A program made the position numbers and the translations under genes. Below, piece after piece: positions 10,152-20,708 of a stretch of DNA of 64,000 nucleotides. The stretch's first letter is position 1. Each line of letters begins with the position of its first letter. The notes under the pieces were generated by a model. That model did not search any database. It was not told the origin of the DNA and worked only from the letters and a program-made list of their open reading frames with translations. This DNA comes from Kiritimatiellia bacterium (GTDB lineage: Bacteria > Verrucomicrobiota > Kiritimatiellia > JAFGHX01): positions 15,358-79,357 of the forward strand of contig JAFGHX010000175.1 of assembly GCA_016929905.1 (NCBI GenBank), in the 5' to 3' direction.

Positions 10152-12854
10152 CTACTCCGCCACGACGGTATACAGCGCATCCTCGGGCAGGCGGATGCCG
10201 AGTGACGCGCCCGTCAGACTCGCGTCGGCCCGGCGTTCGGTGGGGTAGCCGTTTTCGTCCAGGATCAGCACCCGCCGCCGAGAGCCTGCGCTCTTCAAGG
10301 TGACGGTTGCGTCGATCTTGCGCACATTCAGCGGATAACCGCCCAGTTCCGTGATCGTCTTCCTGCCGTTCTCCTGCCGGGTCTTGAACCCGCAGGTGTG
10401 GTCTTCTGAGCCGGCCTGGATGAGAATCCTGCGCGAGGACGCCAGTGGCTGGCCGTCGAGGGAAACGGCAACGATCACGCCGTATTCCAGACCCGACTCG
10501 ATGGCGACATCCGCCAGTTCAACTCGACCCGCCTCCCTGAGAAACCCGCAGAGCCCCTGCGCGCGCGGCGTGTCGAGCCGGACGAATCCCTTGCCATAGT
10601 CCCAAACGAGCCCGCCCGCCACGCTCCGAACGATCCCCCGATCCCGGTCAAGGTAGCGAGCCAGATCGACGACGCGTCCTCTGGATGCGTCGTCGGTGAA
10701 ACCGCGAACCACGCGGCCGACATAGAAAGCGAACGGGTCCAGAACGCCCGGCGACTGGACCTCCGAAATGCCGTCGGCGCCCACCTGCTTCTGCCACAGC
10801 TCGTCCAGGCCGGACGCGCCCCGGATCGCGGAGCCCTTGAAGGCGTACTGCTCGTTCAGCTTCAACACGTCGTAGATCACCGTGCCGGCCTCCGGCACGT
10901 CGCCGCGGCGGAACATCAGGGCCGCGGCCGGAAACTGTCCGAGAATGCTCGGTGTGTTCACCGCCCAAACGTTCATCGCGCTGTCCCAGTCCGAGCCGGA
11001 CAGCGCAAACCAGTTCCAGCCGTCGATCCCGCCGAGCGCGCCGTAGGCGGCCACCAGGAAAGGCCCCTCGCTCCGGAACCGGTTCGGGCGGTCCCAGTTG
11101 TTCTCGGTGAGCATATGCGGGTACGCATCGATCTGGTTCAATTGAATGGGCAGGTTCTCGGGTGCGAGCAACGCGGACCGCTCCCGATAGCTGTCGCCCA
11201 CGTCGACGGCATAGAACCGTTTCGGCTTCGGCTCGTATCTCACGCCGAAGTAGGCATTGCGGCACAGCACGTCGCCGGCCGTGTAGGTGTAGCGCTCCAG
11301 CGCGTCGTGCAGGCGCTCGTCGGCCCCCTTCCAGTTGCTGCAGGCCACCGGCTGTTTCATGCCGAGCTCACGGCGCAGAAACTCCACCGTCTCGGCGTAG
11401 AACCGGCGCTGGGTCTCGACCAGGAAGCGCAGGTAGTCGCCGGCCCGCTTCCGGCGTTTCGGTTCCTGCTTCAGCCCCTTCTCCGTGAGCCAGTACGGCT
11501 CGAGCGCGGCGAGCCGGCCTGCGGCCGGATCGTCCTGCTTGAGCGTGAAGCCGTCCCAGGCCGCCAGCGCCGCCTCGATCGAGCCGTGGCGCTTGACCGT
11601 CCATGCCGTGAACTGCCGCTCGAGCAAGTCGCGCGTCGGACCGGGAAGCCGGCTCGGGTTCAGCGTCCAGAACAGCAGGCTGTCTTCGTTCTGGATCTCG
11701 AACACGGCTACCGCGGCATCCTGAGCAAGCGGAATTCCCGTGTGAGGATTCCGCGCACTCATCAGCGCACGCACCCACGCCCGGTAGATTTCCTGCATCT
11801 TCCCGCTGAGGAACAGCAGCCCGTGGCACGGCTGCCCGTCGCCATAGCCCGGAAACCCGTGGCTTGCCCGCAGCTTGAACGTGTTGGACCAGAACACGTG
11901 ACCCAGGTATACGTAGATCCCCTGCTTCTTCAGGGCCGCCACCGCGTAGTGAATGCGGTCCAGCTTCTCCGCGCTCACGGCCTTGGGATCGTCGGCGGAC
12001 TTGCCCTGAATCCCGGCATCCAATCGCACCAGATTGACCCCGTACTTCGCCAGCCGCCGCGCCCAGCGATCGACCTCCGGCCTCTGCATCGCCAGCAGCG
12101 ACGTGCCCTGCACCATCCAGAATCGGACAGGGCGCCCATCGCCCAGCACCAGGTCGAGCCCCTCACGCCGCACGAACCCACGCTCGCCGGCCGTGTTCTC
12201 GTTCAGGTGCCGCAAATCCGTCAGCGCCTCGGCGCCGAACGCATCCGGGCCCGGCTCCCACGCGAAAAAGCCCGGTTCCGCATTCCCTGACTTCTCGCCC
12301 GGCTTCAGTTTCCCGCGCGGCAAGAACGCGCCCGGCGTGAGAAGGAAGCAGTCAAAACAGGCTGTCTTGTTCTCGCCCTCGGCCGCCAGCAGCCGCAGCT
12401 CAAACGCATGGCCGCCCGCCGAAAGCGACAGCTCGCCGAGATACACCCAGTTCGCACACAGGTGTTTGCGGATCTCAATGGAGTCCGCCAAGGCAATGCC
12501 CCTGCCGCACTCCTGCCACGCCCCCGCATCGAACCGCCAACGGAACGGCCCGTGCTTCCAGAACTTGCGGACCCAGAACCGATACGTGCCGTCGGCCGGA
12601 ACCCGGATCGCGTACCGGACAAACGCTTCGGGCTCGCCCGGCTGGCGCTTGCCGGCGTTGGTCAGCCAGTCGCCTCCCGCAAGCACGGCGGCCCGCTTCT
12701 GTTGAAACGTCCTCGCCGCGAAGGGCGAGTCCTTCGGGAAGTTCGTCTCCGACGGCTCTTCCCCCTCCCACCACACAAACGCCGGCGCGGCGCGCACCCC
12801 CCGGCACGCCGCCAACAGCACAACAGCCATGAGCCACACGCTCGTCCTATGCAT
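10152..12854 (-). CDS. Secreted clan GH-A-like (GH5/GH148-like) glycoside hydrolase with N-terminal CBM-like domain
   Basis: Signal peptide; DGRPVRFW, LAKYGVNLVRL, NPHTGIPLAQD, FEIQNEDS (acid/base), LTENNW (nucleophile). Confidence 0.75.
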   Translation of the reverse strand: MHRTSVWLMAVVLLAACRGVRAAPAFVWWEGEEPSETNFPKDSPFAARTFQQKRAAVLAGGDWLTNAGKRQPGEPEAFVRYAIRVPADGTYRFWVRKFWKHGPFRWRFDAGAWQECGRGIALADSIEIRKHLCANWVYLGELSLSAGGHAFELRLLAAEGENKTACFDCFLLTPGAFLPRGKLKPGEKSGNAEPGFFAWEPGPDAFGAEALTDLRHLNENTAGERGFVRREGLDLVLGDGRPVRFWMVQGTSLLAMQRPEVDRWARRLAKYGVNLVRLDAGIQGKSADDPKAVSAEKLDRIHYAVAALKKQGIYVYLGHVFWSNTFKLRASHGFPGYGDGQPCHGLLFLSGKMQEIYRAWVRALMSARNPHTGIPLAQDAAVAVFEIQNEDSLLFWTLNPSRLPGPTRDLLERQFTAWTVKRHGSIEAALAAWDGFTLKQDDPAAGRLAALEPYWLTEKGLKQEPKRRKRAGDYLRFLVETQRRFYAETVEFLRRELGMKQPVACSNWKGADERLHDALERYTYTAGDVLCRNAYFGVRYEPKPKRFYAVDVGDSYRERSALLAPENLPIQLNQIDAYPHMLTENNWDRPNRFRSEGPFLVAAYGALGGIDGWNWFALSGSDWDSAMNVWAVNTPSILGQFPAAALMFRRGDVPEAGTVIYDVLKLNEQYAFKGSAIRGASGLDELWQKQVGADGISEVQSPGVLDPFAFYVGRVVRGFTDDASRGRVVDLARYLDRDRGIVRSVAGGLVWDYGKGFVRLDTPRAQGLCGFLREAGRVELADVAIESGLEYGVIVAVSLDGQPLASSRRILIQAGSEDHTCGFKTRQENGRKTITELGGYPLNVRKIDATVTLKSAGSRRRVLILDENGYPTERRADASLTGASLGIRLPEDALYTVVAE

Positions 12855-13013
12855 GGTTCGTCCTCCGTTGAAGACATCCAGGGGCCGGCCCAGGGGGGGC
12901 TGTCCGACCCAACCGATTCGTCCGGCTTGCCCGCCGAATCACCAGTCGTGAAACGCACGTATCATGTTCAATGACTGTCAATCCTCCGGCCCAACAACCC
13001 GTTCACCCCATCC

Positions 13014-14069
13014 TCACCCGCGTGCCGGGCCAGTACTCTCGCGGATGGTCAATCGCGAGGGAATCCGTTCGCGATGCCCGCGCAACCGGTCCCACGCCGC
13101 TCGATCACCCGCCATCTCGACGGCCAACTCGGCCGCCCGCTGCCCCATCTCGACCAGCATATGACTGATCTCCGTCATGGCGGGAAACGCGAGCTCAGCG
13201 CTGAAATCGTCAAACCCGACCAGCGACAAGTCGGCTGGGATCCTGACACCCAGCGCCGCGGCCGCCGCACAGACCCCGAACGCAATCGGCTCACTGAAAC
13301 AAACCGCCGCGGTGCAGCTCGGGCGCGAGCTGAAATGCGCCAGCGCGCGCGCGCGCGCCGCCGCCACCTGCGCCGCTTTCTCCCCGGAAGCCGCCGTCAC
13401 GTCCAGATCCGTCACCGTCAGCCCCAGATGCGCCGCGGCCTGCACCAGCGCGTCCCGCCGCCGTTGGGCGTAACCGCGCCGACCCGACAGCGGCCCGACC
13501 CAAAGGAGATGCTTGTGCCCCAACTCGGCCAGATGCCGGGCCGCCTCGCGGTACCCGGCGCTGTCGTCCACATTCACGACGGGAAGGGATGTGTGTGCGT
13601 GGTGCTCCGTCAGCACGATCGCCGCATCGCTCGACTCCAGGGCCGGTACGGCCTCGAGCGCCGTCGCCACATAACCCGGCACGATCAGCGCATCGATCCG
13701 GGACTCCTGCAGAAAACGCAGGCCGTTCTGCGCCTCGTTCAGCTCCGGCGCAGCCCCCACAATCACGAAATGGCAACCCGCCGCCCGCACCCCCATCTCC
13801 ATGCCGCCCACCATCGGGCCCCAGAACCCCGACGCGAACCCATGCTCCTTGTGCCCCGGAAGCAGCGCTACGCCTACCGCACGCGATCTGCCCGCTTGCA
13901 GAGCCGAGGCGTGGTAGTTCCGCTCGTAACCCAGCGCCCGCGCCGCCTCGCGCACGCGGCGAATGCAGTCCGGACTGAGCCGGTCCAATTCCGTGCCGGT
14001 ATTGAGGATCTTGCTCGCCGTCCCAATACTGACCTGCGCCGCCTGCGCCACCTCCTGAAGCCGGACCAT
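13014..14069 (-). CDS. LacI family transcriptional regulator
   Basis: LQEVAQAAQVSIGTASKILN HTH; IPADLSLVGFDD; ATG 14069 is best spaced from GGAGG (ORF track start 14078). Confidence 0.93.
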   Translation of the reverse strand: MVRLQEVAQAAQVSIGTASKILNTGTELDRLSPDCIRRVREAARALGYERNYHASALQAGRSRAVGVALLPGHKEHGFASGFWGPMVGGMEMGVRAAGCHFVIVGAAPELNEAQNGLRFLQESRIDALIVPGYVATALEAVPALESSDAAIVLTEHHAHTSLPVVNVDDSAGYREAARHLAELGHKHLLWVGPLSGRRGYAQRRRDALVQAAAHLGLTVTDLDVTAASGEKAAQVAAARARALAHFSSRPSCTAAVCFSEPIAFGVCAAAAALGVRIPADLSLVGFDDFSAELAFPAMTEISHMLVEMGQRAAELAVEMAGDRAAWDRLRGHRERIPSRLTIRESTGPARG

Positions 14070-14087
14070 CGCCGCCACCTCCTCCGG

Positions 14088-14148
14088 ACGATAAGGTTAT
14101 CGTTATTAACGATAACGTTATCATAACTCGCGGGGACCACGCTGTCAA
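14088..14148 (-). promoter_or_regulatory. Sigma70 promoter of lacI-like gene with two LacI-type operators
   Basis: Minus strand TTGACA (14148-14143)-17 bp-TATGAT (14125-14120); perfect palindrome GATAACGTTATC 14111-14122 and near copy GATAAGGTTATC 14090-14101. Confidence 0.8.
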
Positions 14149-14424
14149 GACGGAATAGGCCGGGACAAAGACATGTCGGCAATGCTGGATCCCGGGCCAG
14201 ATCCCCACGCTGGGGACAGGCACGGGCACCGCACAGGCCTTCGACGGCGATGCCTGGGGCGCCCCGTTCCTGCACGTGGAGTATCAAGCGCCAAGCGGCG
14301 AGAAGTAGCCGGGCCTCGCAAGGAGAGGCACTGGGGGCTGGCTTTCGAGCCGAGTTCCCGGATCCGGCGGACGCACGGCGCGGAAGCGCTCTTTCTCGGC
14401 CTGTTCCGCAGGCGCCATTCAGCT

Positions 14425-15216
14425 CTAGCCCAGAGACAATCCGCCGTCGACGTAGAATTCCGTGCCGGTAACGTATCCGGCCTCATCGCCGGCAAGATAC
14501 AGAATGGCGGAAGCGACCTCCTCTGCTGAGGCGGACCGGTTCCCAAGAGGGATACCGGTGCGATACGCGCCATGAGCGCGTCCCAGCCGGTCCAGATTTC
14601 TCCGAGACGTGTTTTCCCACAGCTTGGACTCCGTGGCTCCCGGGCAGACGACATTCACACGGATATTCCATTGTGCCAGTTCGACGGCAAGCGTCTTGAC
14701 AAAGGCCGCCTGGGCGGCCTTGGAACTGGCGTAACAGGAATAGCCGGCATTCGAATAGGTCCGCGTGCCGTTCACCGAGGATACGGCAATGATGCTCCCG
14801 CGTTTCGCCCGCTTCATGAAGGGGACCGCGTATTTGACGGCAAGATAGGTGCCCCGCATGTTGGTGTTGAAGGTCCGGTCCCATTCCTCCACGGTGATTT
14901 CTTCGACCGGCGCCTGCACGCCGTTGATGCCCGCGTTGGCGACCACCACGTCGACGGTTCCCCATTTCTCGATGGCGGCGTTGACGAAGGCCTCAACGTG
15001 TCGCGGGTCCGCCACATCGCCCGGCAGGGCGAGGGCTTCACCACCCGCATCCCGGATTCGGGCAACGGCCTCGGCGCAACGTTCTTCCCGCCGCGCGTCG
15101 ATCGCCACGCGCGCGCCCTGCGCGGCCGCCATCTGCGCCGTCGCAAGGCCGATGCCGGTGCTGCCCCCGGTGACCAGAAAGACCTTGTCCTTGAACCTGC
15201 CCGCCTGTTCGCTCAT
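14425..15216 (-). CDS. SDR family oxidoreductase
   Basis: TGGSTGIG, ANAGING, YASSK, NVVCPG, VDGG; start MSEQ after AGGAAG. Confidence 0.93.
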   Translation of the reverse strand: MSEQAGRFKDKVFLVTGGSTGIGLATAQMAAAQGARVAIDARREERCAEAVARIRDAGGEALALPGDVADPRHVEAFVNAAIEKWGTVDVVVANAGINGVQAPVEEITVEEWDRTFNTNMRGTYLAVKYAVPFMKRAKRGSIIAVSSVNGTRTYSNAGYSCYASSKAAQAAFVKTLAVELAQWNIRVNVVCPGATESKLWENTSRRNLDRLGRAHGAYRTGIPLGNRSASAEEVASAILYLAGDEAGYVTGTEFYVDGGLSLG

Positions 15217-15463
15217 CCCACGACTTCCTTCTTCCTTCCTATTCGATTCCCCGTGTCGGTCCGCGAGCCTAGCATAGCCGTTCACGGCCCACAAGCGCGT
15301 GCGCGGCGTGCCAGCGTCGAACACCCTCCCCTTGACGAAAATAGACCAATGGACTATTATTTGTGCAGCGAGGCTGGTTAAATCAGGTTGAGCGATTCGC
15401 CCACGTGCAGTCTGCGCAACACGCCGTTGACCGCGAAACAGGCTCTTTATCGGAGAGCGGATA

Positions 15464-16612
15464 TTGCAGAAACGATCGACAGACTCCGGTACGCCCAAGC
15501 GCCGCTACACGCGGCACGGCGGCGTTGCGGCGCAGCTGCGTCATCTCATCGCGGACCTGCGAAGCCGCAACGAAACGTTCCTGCCGGCCGAACGACAGCT
15601 CGCCGAGCGATTCCGCACCTCCCGCACGACGCTGCGCAAAGCCGTGGATACGCTCCTGGCCGCCGGCGACCTGACGCGCGGGGTACGGGGTACAGCCATC
15701 GTCTCCACTGCCGCGGCGCCGCACCCGGCGGCCTCGTTCGCCTTTGTCACCTACGGCGGCGGCGCGGGTATTCGGAACTACCACTGGCGTGCGCTGTGGG
15801 ACGCCACGTTGCCTCTGGCCCATCGTCACGGGCTCCAGGCCGAACTTGTTCTTCTCGACTGGTACGAAGCACCCGGAACGTGGAACATCTTTCTCTCGCG
15901 CGTGCCGCCGGTTGTCGTCGTGACATCGCTGGTCATCAAGGCCTTCGGCGAATTCATCCGGTCCCTGCTCAACAGCCGCGCCCTCGTGATCGGAGTCGAT
16001 GAGAACTTCACTTCCTGGACCGAACACGTGATTGCGGTGAACAACTACGCGGCGGGCAAGCAGGCGGCGCGGATGCTGGCACAGGCGGGCTATGAGCGGC
16101 CTGTCTACCTGGGGCAGAAGCTCGGCATCCCGTACCTGCCCTACGCGAAGCGGGAACAGGGCTTTCGCGACGGTATCCGCGAGGCCGGGCTTGCCTGGAC
16201 CGCCGGGTCCCTTCAGCGCATCGCGGCCAGCACGGCGGGTGTCTTCACCGAAAAGGCGCTCAAGCGGTTGCCGCGGCTGCTCGCCGCCGGCTACGACGCC
16301 TTCTTCGTTCACTCGGACGAAGCAGTCCCCGCCGTCTACGCCCGAATCCAGAAACAGCGGGCAATTCCGGCCGACGTCGGGCTCGTGACCTTTGCGAGCA
16401 CGGACGCCGCCGTCCGGCACGGGCCGCCCGTCACATGTGTGGGGCACAACACGCCCGCCAAAGCCCGCACGCTGGTGGAAGCGGTCCGCAAGATACTCAA
16501 CGGCACATCGCACGGACCGGGCACCATCCTGCTTCCGCCCGATGTGCACCGCGGCCGGACGATTCGCAAACCGTCGAAAGCGGTCCACCCCACGAAAGGC
16601 AGACGGTCATGA
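15464..16612 (+). CDS. GntR wHTH regulator fused to LacI-type sugar-binding domain
   Basis: LPAERQLAERFRTSRTTLRKAV; VNNYAAGKQAA, IPADVGLVTF; TTG start uncertain. Confidence 0.82.
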   Translation: MQKRSTDSGTPKRRYTRHGGVAAQLRHLIADLRSRNETFLPAERQLAERFRTSRTTLRKAVDTLLAAGDLTRGVRGTAIVSTAAAPHPAASFAFVTYGGGAGIRNYHWRALWDATLPLAHRHGLQAELVLLDWYEAPGTWNIFLSRVPPVVVVTSLVIKAFGEFIRSLLNSRALVIGVDENFTSWTEHVIAVNNYAAGKQAARMLAQAGYERPVYLGQKLGIPYLPYAKREQGFRDGIREAGLAWTAGSLQRIAASTAGVFTEKALKRLPRLLAAGYDAFFVHSDEAVPAVYARIQKQRAIPADVGLVTFASTDAAVRHGPPVTCVGHNTPAKARTLVEAVRKILNGTSHGPGTILLPPDVHRGRTIRKPSKAVHPTKGRRS

Positions 16613-19600
16613 ACAGACACAGACCCGGAGTACGGTTGGCGGCCCTGGCGTGGCTGCTCCTTCAGATCCCTCGCACGGATGGTGCTGCCCGCTTCGATTT
16701 CGGGACGGCGCAGGGCTTTCGCGCGGCGCCTGAGAAGACGCTTGCGGCCGACGTGCCGGCCGGCGGCAAGTTCCATGCAACGGTGCAAACCGCCGAAGAA
16801 CTCGGGCCCGGCTGGTACCTGCTGAGGGGCGAGTGCAAGACGACCGGCTTCACGGCCATGGGCGGTTTTGTTGCCGACGCGCATGATCCGGACCACACGG
16901 TGCGGCTCGCCCAGTGGACAGGCTTTCCCGCTGCTCGCGACTGGGTGGCCTTCCGGCTCTACTGCAGGCTCCCCACCGCCACACATCTGGTCCTGCGCAT
17001 TTGCGACGCGAAGGAAACCGAGCGTAGCGCCGCCGTTCATCTGCGCAATCTGCACATCGCCCCGGCCCGTTGGGCCGCCGGCGACGACCTGCTCGGCAAC
17101 GGGGATTTCGCCTCGGGCCATACCGGGGATCTCCCCGCGCTGTGGAATTGGTCGAATGCCGGCGCGTCCGGCGACTACGCCTTGGTGGAAGACGGCTCGG
17201 TGCCGGGCACAGGCAGGGCCGTGCGTTTGCGGCGTCCCGCCGGCACCGAACGCCACAGCCTGAACAGCGTGCACATGCCGTTGCCGACCACGGGGAAGAT
17301 GACGCTGTCGCTTCGCGCCAGGGCCGAGAAGCCGGGCTCAACCCTGAACGTGCTCCTGCTCGGCGACTGTTATGCATGGCAGAAACACGGTCGCTTCGTG
17401 CTGACCGATTCCTGGAAGGAGTACCGGATCCAGGCCGACTGCCCCGCGAAGATCGGAAAGGAGGCCTTCTGCTGGGTCCGCATCGACCCGGGCAACGACT
17501 CGACGCTGCGTCTGGCCGGCGCGCGCGTCGTCTGGAGCGAAACCTCCATCGCCGCGGAGCGGCAGAGCGAATGGATCGGCGCGCCCGGCAAGAATCTCGT
17601 CCTGAACCCGGACTTCGAACTCGGCTGGACCGGGTGGCTGTTCGACCTGTTCAACAAGAGCAACCCGAAAACCATGCGCGAGATGGCCACGGCTGATCGA
17701 GCGATGCCGAGACCCGGCGCCGGCCCGGATGGTTCGACGGCGTTCTATTTGCCCAGCGGCCATATCGGGCTGATCAGCCACTGCATGCCGTTCACGCCGG
17801 GCAAGACGTATACGCTTTCGGCCGACGTCAAGGGACTGACGGAAGACTCGCGTGTGTGGATGGCTTTCATCGACACCGGCTGGGCCCTGCATGCCCGTGA
17901 TGAGAGGACCTTGCCCGCCGGCAAGTGGACCCGGCTGCACAAGACGTTCACGTGGAAGGAGCCCACTCGCACGGCGCGCGGCTACGTCCGGTTCAACGCC
18001 GGCGGCGGCGGCGTGCTCCTGGACCGGGTCCAGCTCGAAGAGGGCGAACGAACGGACTACAGCCCGCCGCCGGTCATGCTGGGTCTGATGGCCGCGCCGC
18101 GCAACATCTTCGCCCGGGCCGCGGATGCCGCCATGACCCTGAAGGTGCTGCCGGCGCAAGGACTGCAGGGCCGGCTCCGCATCAACGTCGAATCCCGCGA
18201 CGCCTGGGGCGGGGTAGCCTGGCAGAGGACGATCACTTGCCCCGCGGACGCCCACTCCACGCATACCGTTGCCATTCCGGCTGAAGCGTTGGGCGTGTTC
18301 CACGTGTACATGACAGCCGCGGACAGCGCAGGCCGGACACTCGGGATGGCCCTCTCCCGCTATGCCGTCGTGGGACCGGCCGGCACGCCGGATGCCGGGT
18401 ACTGCTACCACTACACCCTTCCCGAGTCGCCCTGTTGGCATATCGCCGACACCATCCCCCAGATGAAACAGGTGGGGGCAAACTGGAACAGGTTCTTCTT
18501 CACGGTCAAGCCCACGGACGGACAGCACGTGCTGTCGGCAGAATATGTCGAAGCCGCGCTGCGCCAGTGTGCGCTGATGCGCGAGGCCGGAATCCGACAG
18601 ATCCCCTGCATGGGCTTCTTCAACGACGAACTCGGCGGCCGCATCCGCCGCGCCGTCCGCATCGATCCCGCCGACCTGGCGGAATTCGGCCGATACGTCG
18701 AAGCCAACGCACGGGCGTTGAAGGAGGGGTTCCGCTACTGGGAGATCCAGAACGAACCCAACCTCTGGCGCCACGGCGACGGCCCGCAGAAGGGCGAGAA
18801 GTGCATGGGCCCGGCGAAGTACATCCAGGTCCTCAAGACCGCCTACGAGGCGATCAAGCGCGCCGATCCGGAGATCCGGGTGCTCGCCCCGTGCATGAAC
18901 GGGCGCGACTTCACGTTCGTGGAGGATCTCATGAAGCTCGGGATGGGCCAGTACATGGACATCTTCTCCTGCCATCCTTATCGCGGATCGCCGGACGATC
19001 CCGACACCTACGCCGATCTCATGCGCTGTCGCGAAATCCTGGCGACATACGGGTTCCACGGCCCCATGATGAACACGGAACAGTACTACGGAATCGATCT
19101 GTACATGATGCGGAACAACGACAACGAAGTGCAGCGCGCGTATACCGTGCCCGGCACGGAAGAATTGCGCGGCGCCGGCCGCATGATCCGCAATTTCATC
19201 CACCACGCGGCCGCGGGCGTGGCCTATTCCAGTTTCGCACCCGAGATTACCGTTGCGACGCTCGGCGCCGTCGACAAGGTCTTCCCTTACGACGGATTCG
19301 CAGCCGCAAACGCCGCCTCACGCTTCCTCAGTCGTATCGGGTTGGGACGGCCCCTGCCGACCGCCCCTGTATTCCGCGCGTTTCTCTTTCCCGACGCGGC
19401 GGCAGGTCCGCTCCTGACGCTGCACACACCGACCCGCGACCTCACGGGCTCGCTCCAACTGGCCGCTCCGTTCGACGCCTTCGACATCATGGGAAACCCA
19501 CTGTCAAAGAAAGACCTGTCCGACGGCGTCCCCCTGCGCACCGATCCCGTCTATGTCCGTTTCCCAATGGGGACGCCGGCTGCGGAGATCGAAGACCGGG

Positions 19601-20592
19601 TGATTCATGCCGCGCTGATCGGGTTTGGCGCCCCGCTTTCCGTCGACGTGGCGATCAGCGGCAGGCACACGCTGCGGGTGACGCTCGGCAACCGGCACAA
19701 TCGACCGTTGTCGGGCACGGTGCGCCTGGCCGCCTTCCCGTCCGCCTGGCGCTGCCTGCACCCCGAACGCGGGTTCAACGCGCTGGCCTCGGGCCACTGC
19801 CTGTCGCTGGACCTCCCGTTTCAGACGATGCCCATGGAGAATCTGGGGCAGTACGCCGTGGGAGTGACGGCTCAAGTCGGAGACGAACGGGTCCGGACGG
19901 ACAGGACGCTTTCCCCTCTGTTCGCACGTCGCCTGCCCGCACTCACGACCGACGCGGACCTCACGGAGTGGGCGGGCGCCGATTGGATCGAACTCGGCGG
20001 CGCGCATCTCAGCACCCCGTTCCACGACCGGCTTGGCCGGGCCGACGATGCCAATCTGTCCGCCCGTGTCGCGTGTGGCTGGAGCCGCGACTTCTTCGCC
20101 GTCGCCGCCGAGGTCCGCGACAACAGGCATACCGAAGCAACCGCTCCCATTCGCGCGTACGAAGCCGATTCCGTTCAGATCTATTTTGACCAACTCAACA
20201 ACGCCGGGACCCACACGGAGCGCGCGCGACACTACGACCACGACGACATCACCTACGGAATCGCCATGCTGAACGGCGCCGGCTTTGCCTACTGCGAGAA
20301 GGGGACCGCCGGGCGCTACATTGACGAGGCGAACCGAGTCACGGGGCTTGACCGCGACGTCCGTGTCGGAATCGCCCGAAAAGCGGACCGCACAATTTAC
20401 GAAATCCTGTTCCCGGCGAGCGCCCTGCCGTCTATCGATCTGGCCGAGGGGAAAGGGTTCGGCTTTTCCATCCTCATCAACGACAACGACGGGAACGGCC
20501 GCAAGACGGGGCTGACCCTGGCCCCCAGAGGCAAGCAGCCTTTCGACGCCCCTCACGAGTACCGCGACCTCGTCCTGGTGGGCGGGGACTGA
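16609..20592 (+). CDS. Large secreted multi-domain glycoside hydrolase (CBM4/9-like modules, GH39-like clan A core, C-terminal CBM9/DOMON-like domain)
   Basis: Signal-like N-terminus; NGDF and NPDFE CBM starts; YWEIQNEPN, FSCHPY, MNTEQY; DSVQIYFD...GFSILINDNDG; ATGA coupling to regulator. Confidence 0.75.
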   Translation: MNRHRPGVRLAALAWLLLQIPRTDGAARFDFGTAQGFRAAPEKTLAADVPAGGKFHATVQTAEELGPGWYLLRGECKTTGFTAMGGFVADAHDPDHTVRLAQWTGFPAARDWVAFRLYCRLPTATHLVLRICDAKETERSAAVHLRNLHIAPARWAAGDDLLGNGDFASGHTGDLPALWNWSNAGASGDYALVEDGSVPGTGRAVRLRRPAGTERHSLNSVHMPLPTTGKMTLSLRARAEKPGSTLNVLLLGDCYAWQKHGRFVLTDSWKEYRIQADCPAKIGKEAFCWVRIDPGNDSTLRLAGARVVWSETSIAAERQSEWIGAPGKNLVLNPDFELGWTGWLFDLFNKSNPKTMREMATADRAMPRPGAGPDGSTAFYLPSGHIGLISHCMPFTPGKTYTLSADVKGLTEDSRVWMAFIDTGWALHARDERTLPAGKWTRLHKTFTWKEPTRTARGYVRFNAGGGGVLLDRVQLEEGERTDYSPPPVMLGLMAAPRNIFARAADAAMTLKVLPAQGLQGRLRINVESRDAWGGVAWQRTITCPADAHSTHTVAIPAEALGVFHVYMTAADSAGRTLGMALSRYAVVGPAGTPDAGYCYHYTLPESPCWHIADTIPQMKQVGANWNRFFFTVKPTDGQHVLSAEYVEAALRQCALMREAGIRQIPCMGFFNDELGGRIRRAVRIDPADLAEFGRYVEANARALKEGFRYWEIQNEPNLWRHGDGPQKGEKCMGPAKYIQVLKTAYEAIKRADPEIRVLAPCMNGRDFTFVEDLMKLGMGQYMDIFSCHPYRGSPDDPDTYADLMRCREILATYGFHGPMMNTEQYYGIDLYMMRNNDNEVQRAYTVPGTEELRGAGRMIRNFIHHAAAGVAYSSFAPEITVATLGAVDKVFPYDGFAAANAASRFLSRIGLGRPLPTAPVFRAFLFPDAAAGPLLTLHTPTRDLTGSLQLAAPFDAFDIMGNPLSKKDLSDGVPLRTDPVYVRFPMGTPAAEIEDRVIHAALIGFGAPLSVDVAISGRHTLRVTLGNRHNRPLSGTVRLAAFPSAWRCLHPERGFNALASGHCLSLDLPFQTMPMENLGQYAVGVTAQVGDERVRTDRTLSPLFARRLPALTTDADLTEWAGADWIELGGAHLSTPFHDRLGRADDANLSARVACGWSRDFFAVAAEVRDNRHTEATAPIRAYEADSVQIYFDQLNNAGTHTERARHYDHDDITYGIAMLNGAGFAYCEKGTAGRYIDEANRVTGLDRDVRVGIARKADRTIYEILFPASALPSIDLAEGKGFGFSILINDNDGNGRKTGLTLAPRGKQPFDAPHEYRDLVLVGGD

Positions 20593-20708
20593 CTCTCTTC
20601 TGCCGCGGTCGGCCGGTCCAGGCAACTCGCATGAAATATGCACTACCACATCCACCCCCAACGTGGTATACAGTCCTGCGCAATTCGGACAGACGTGAGG
20701 GCCAAGAC

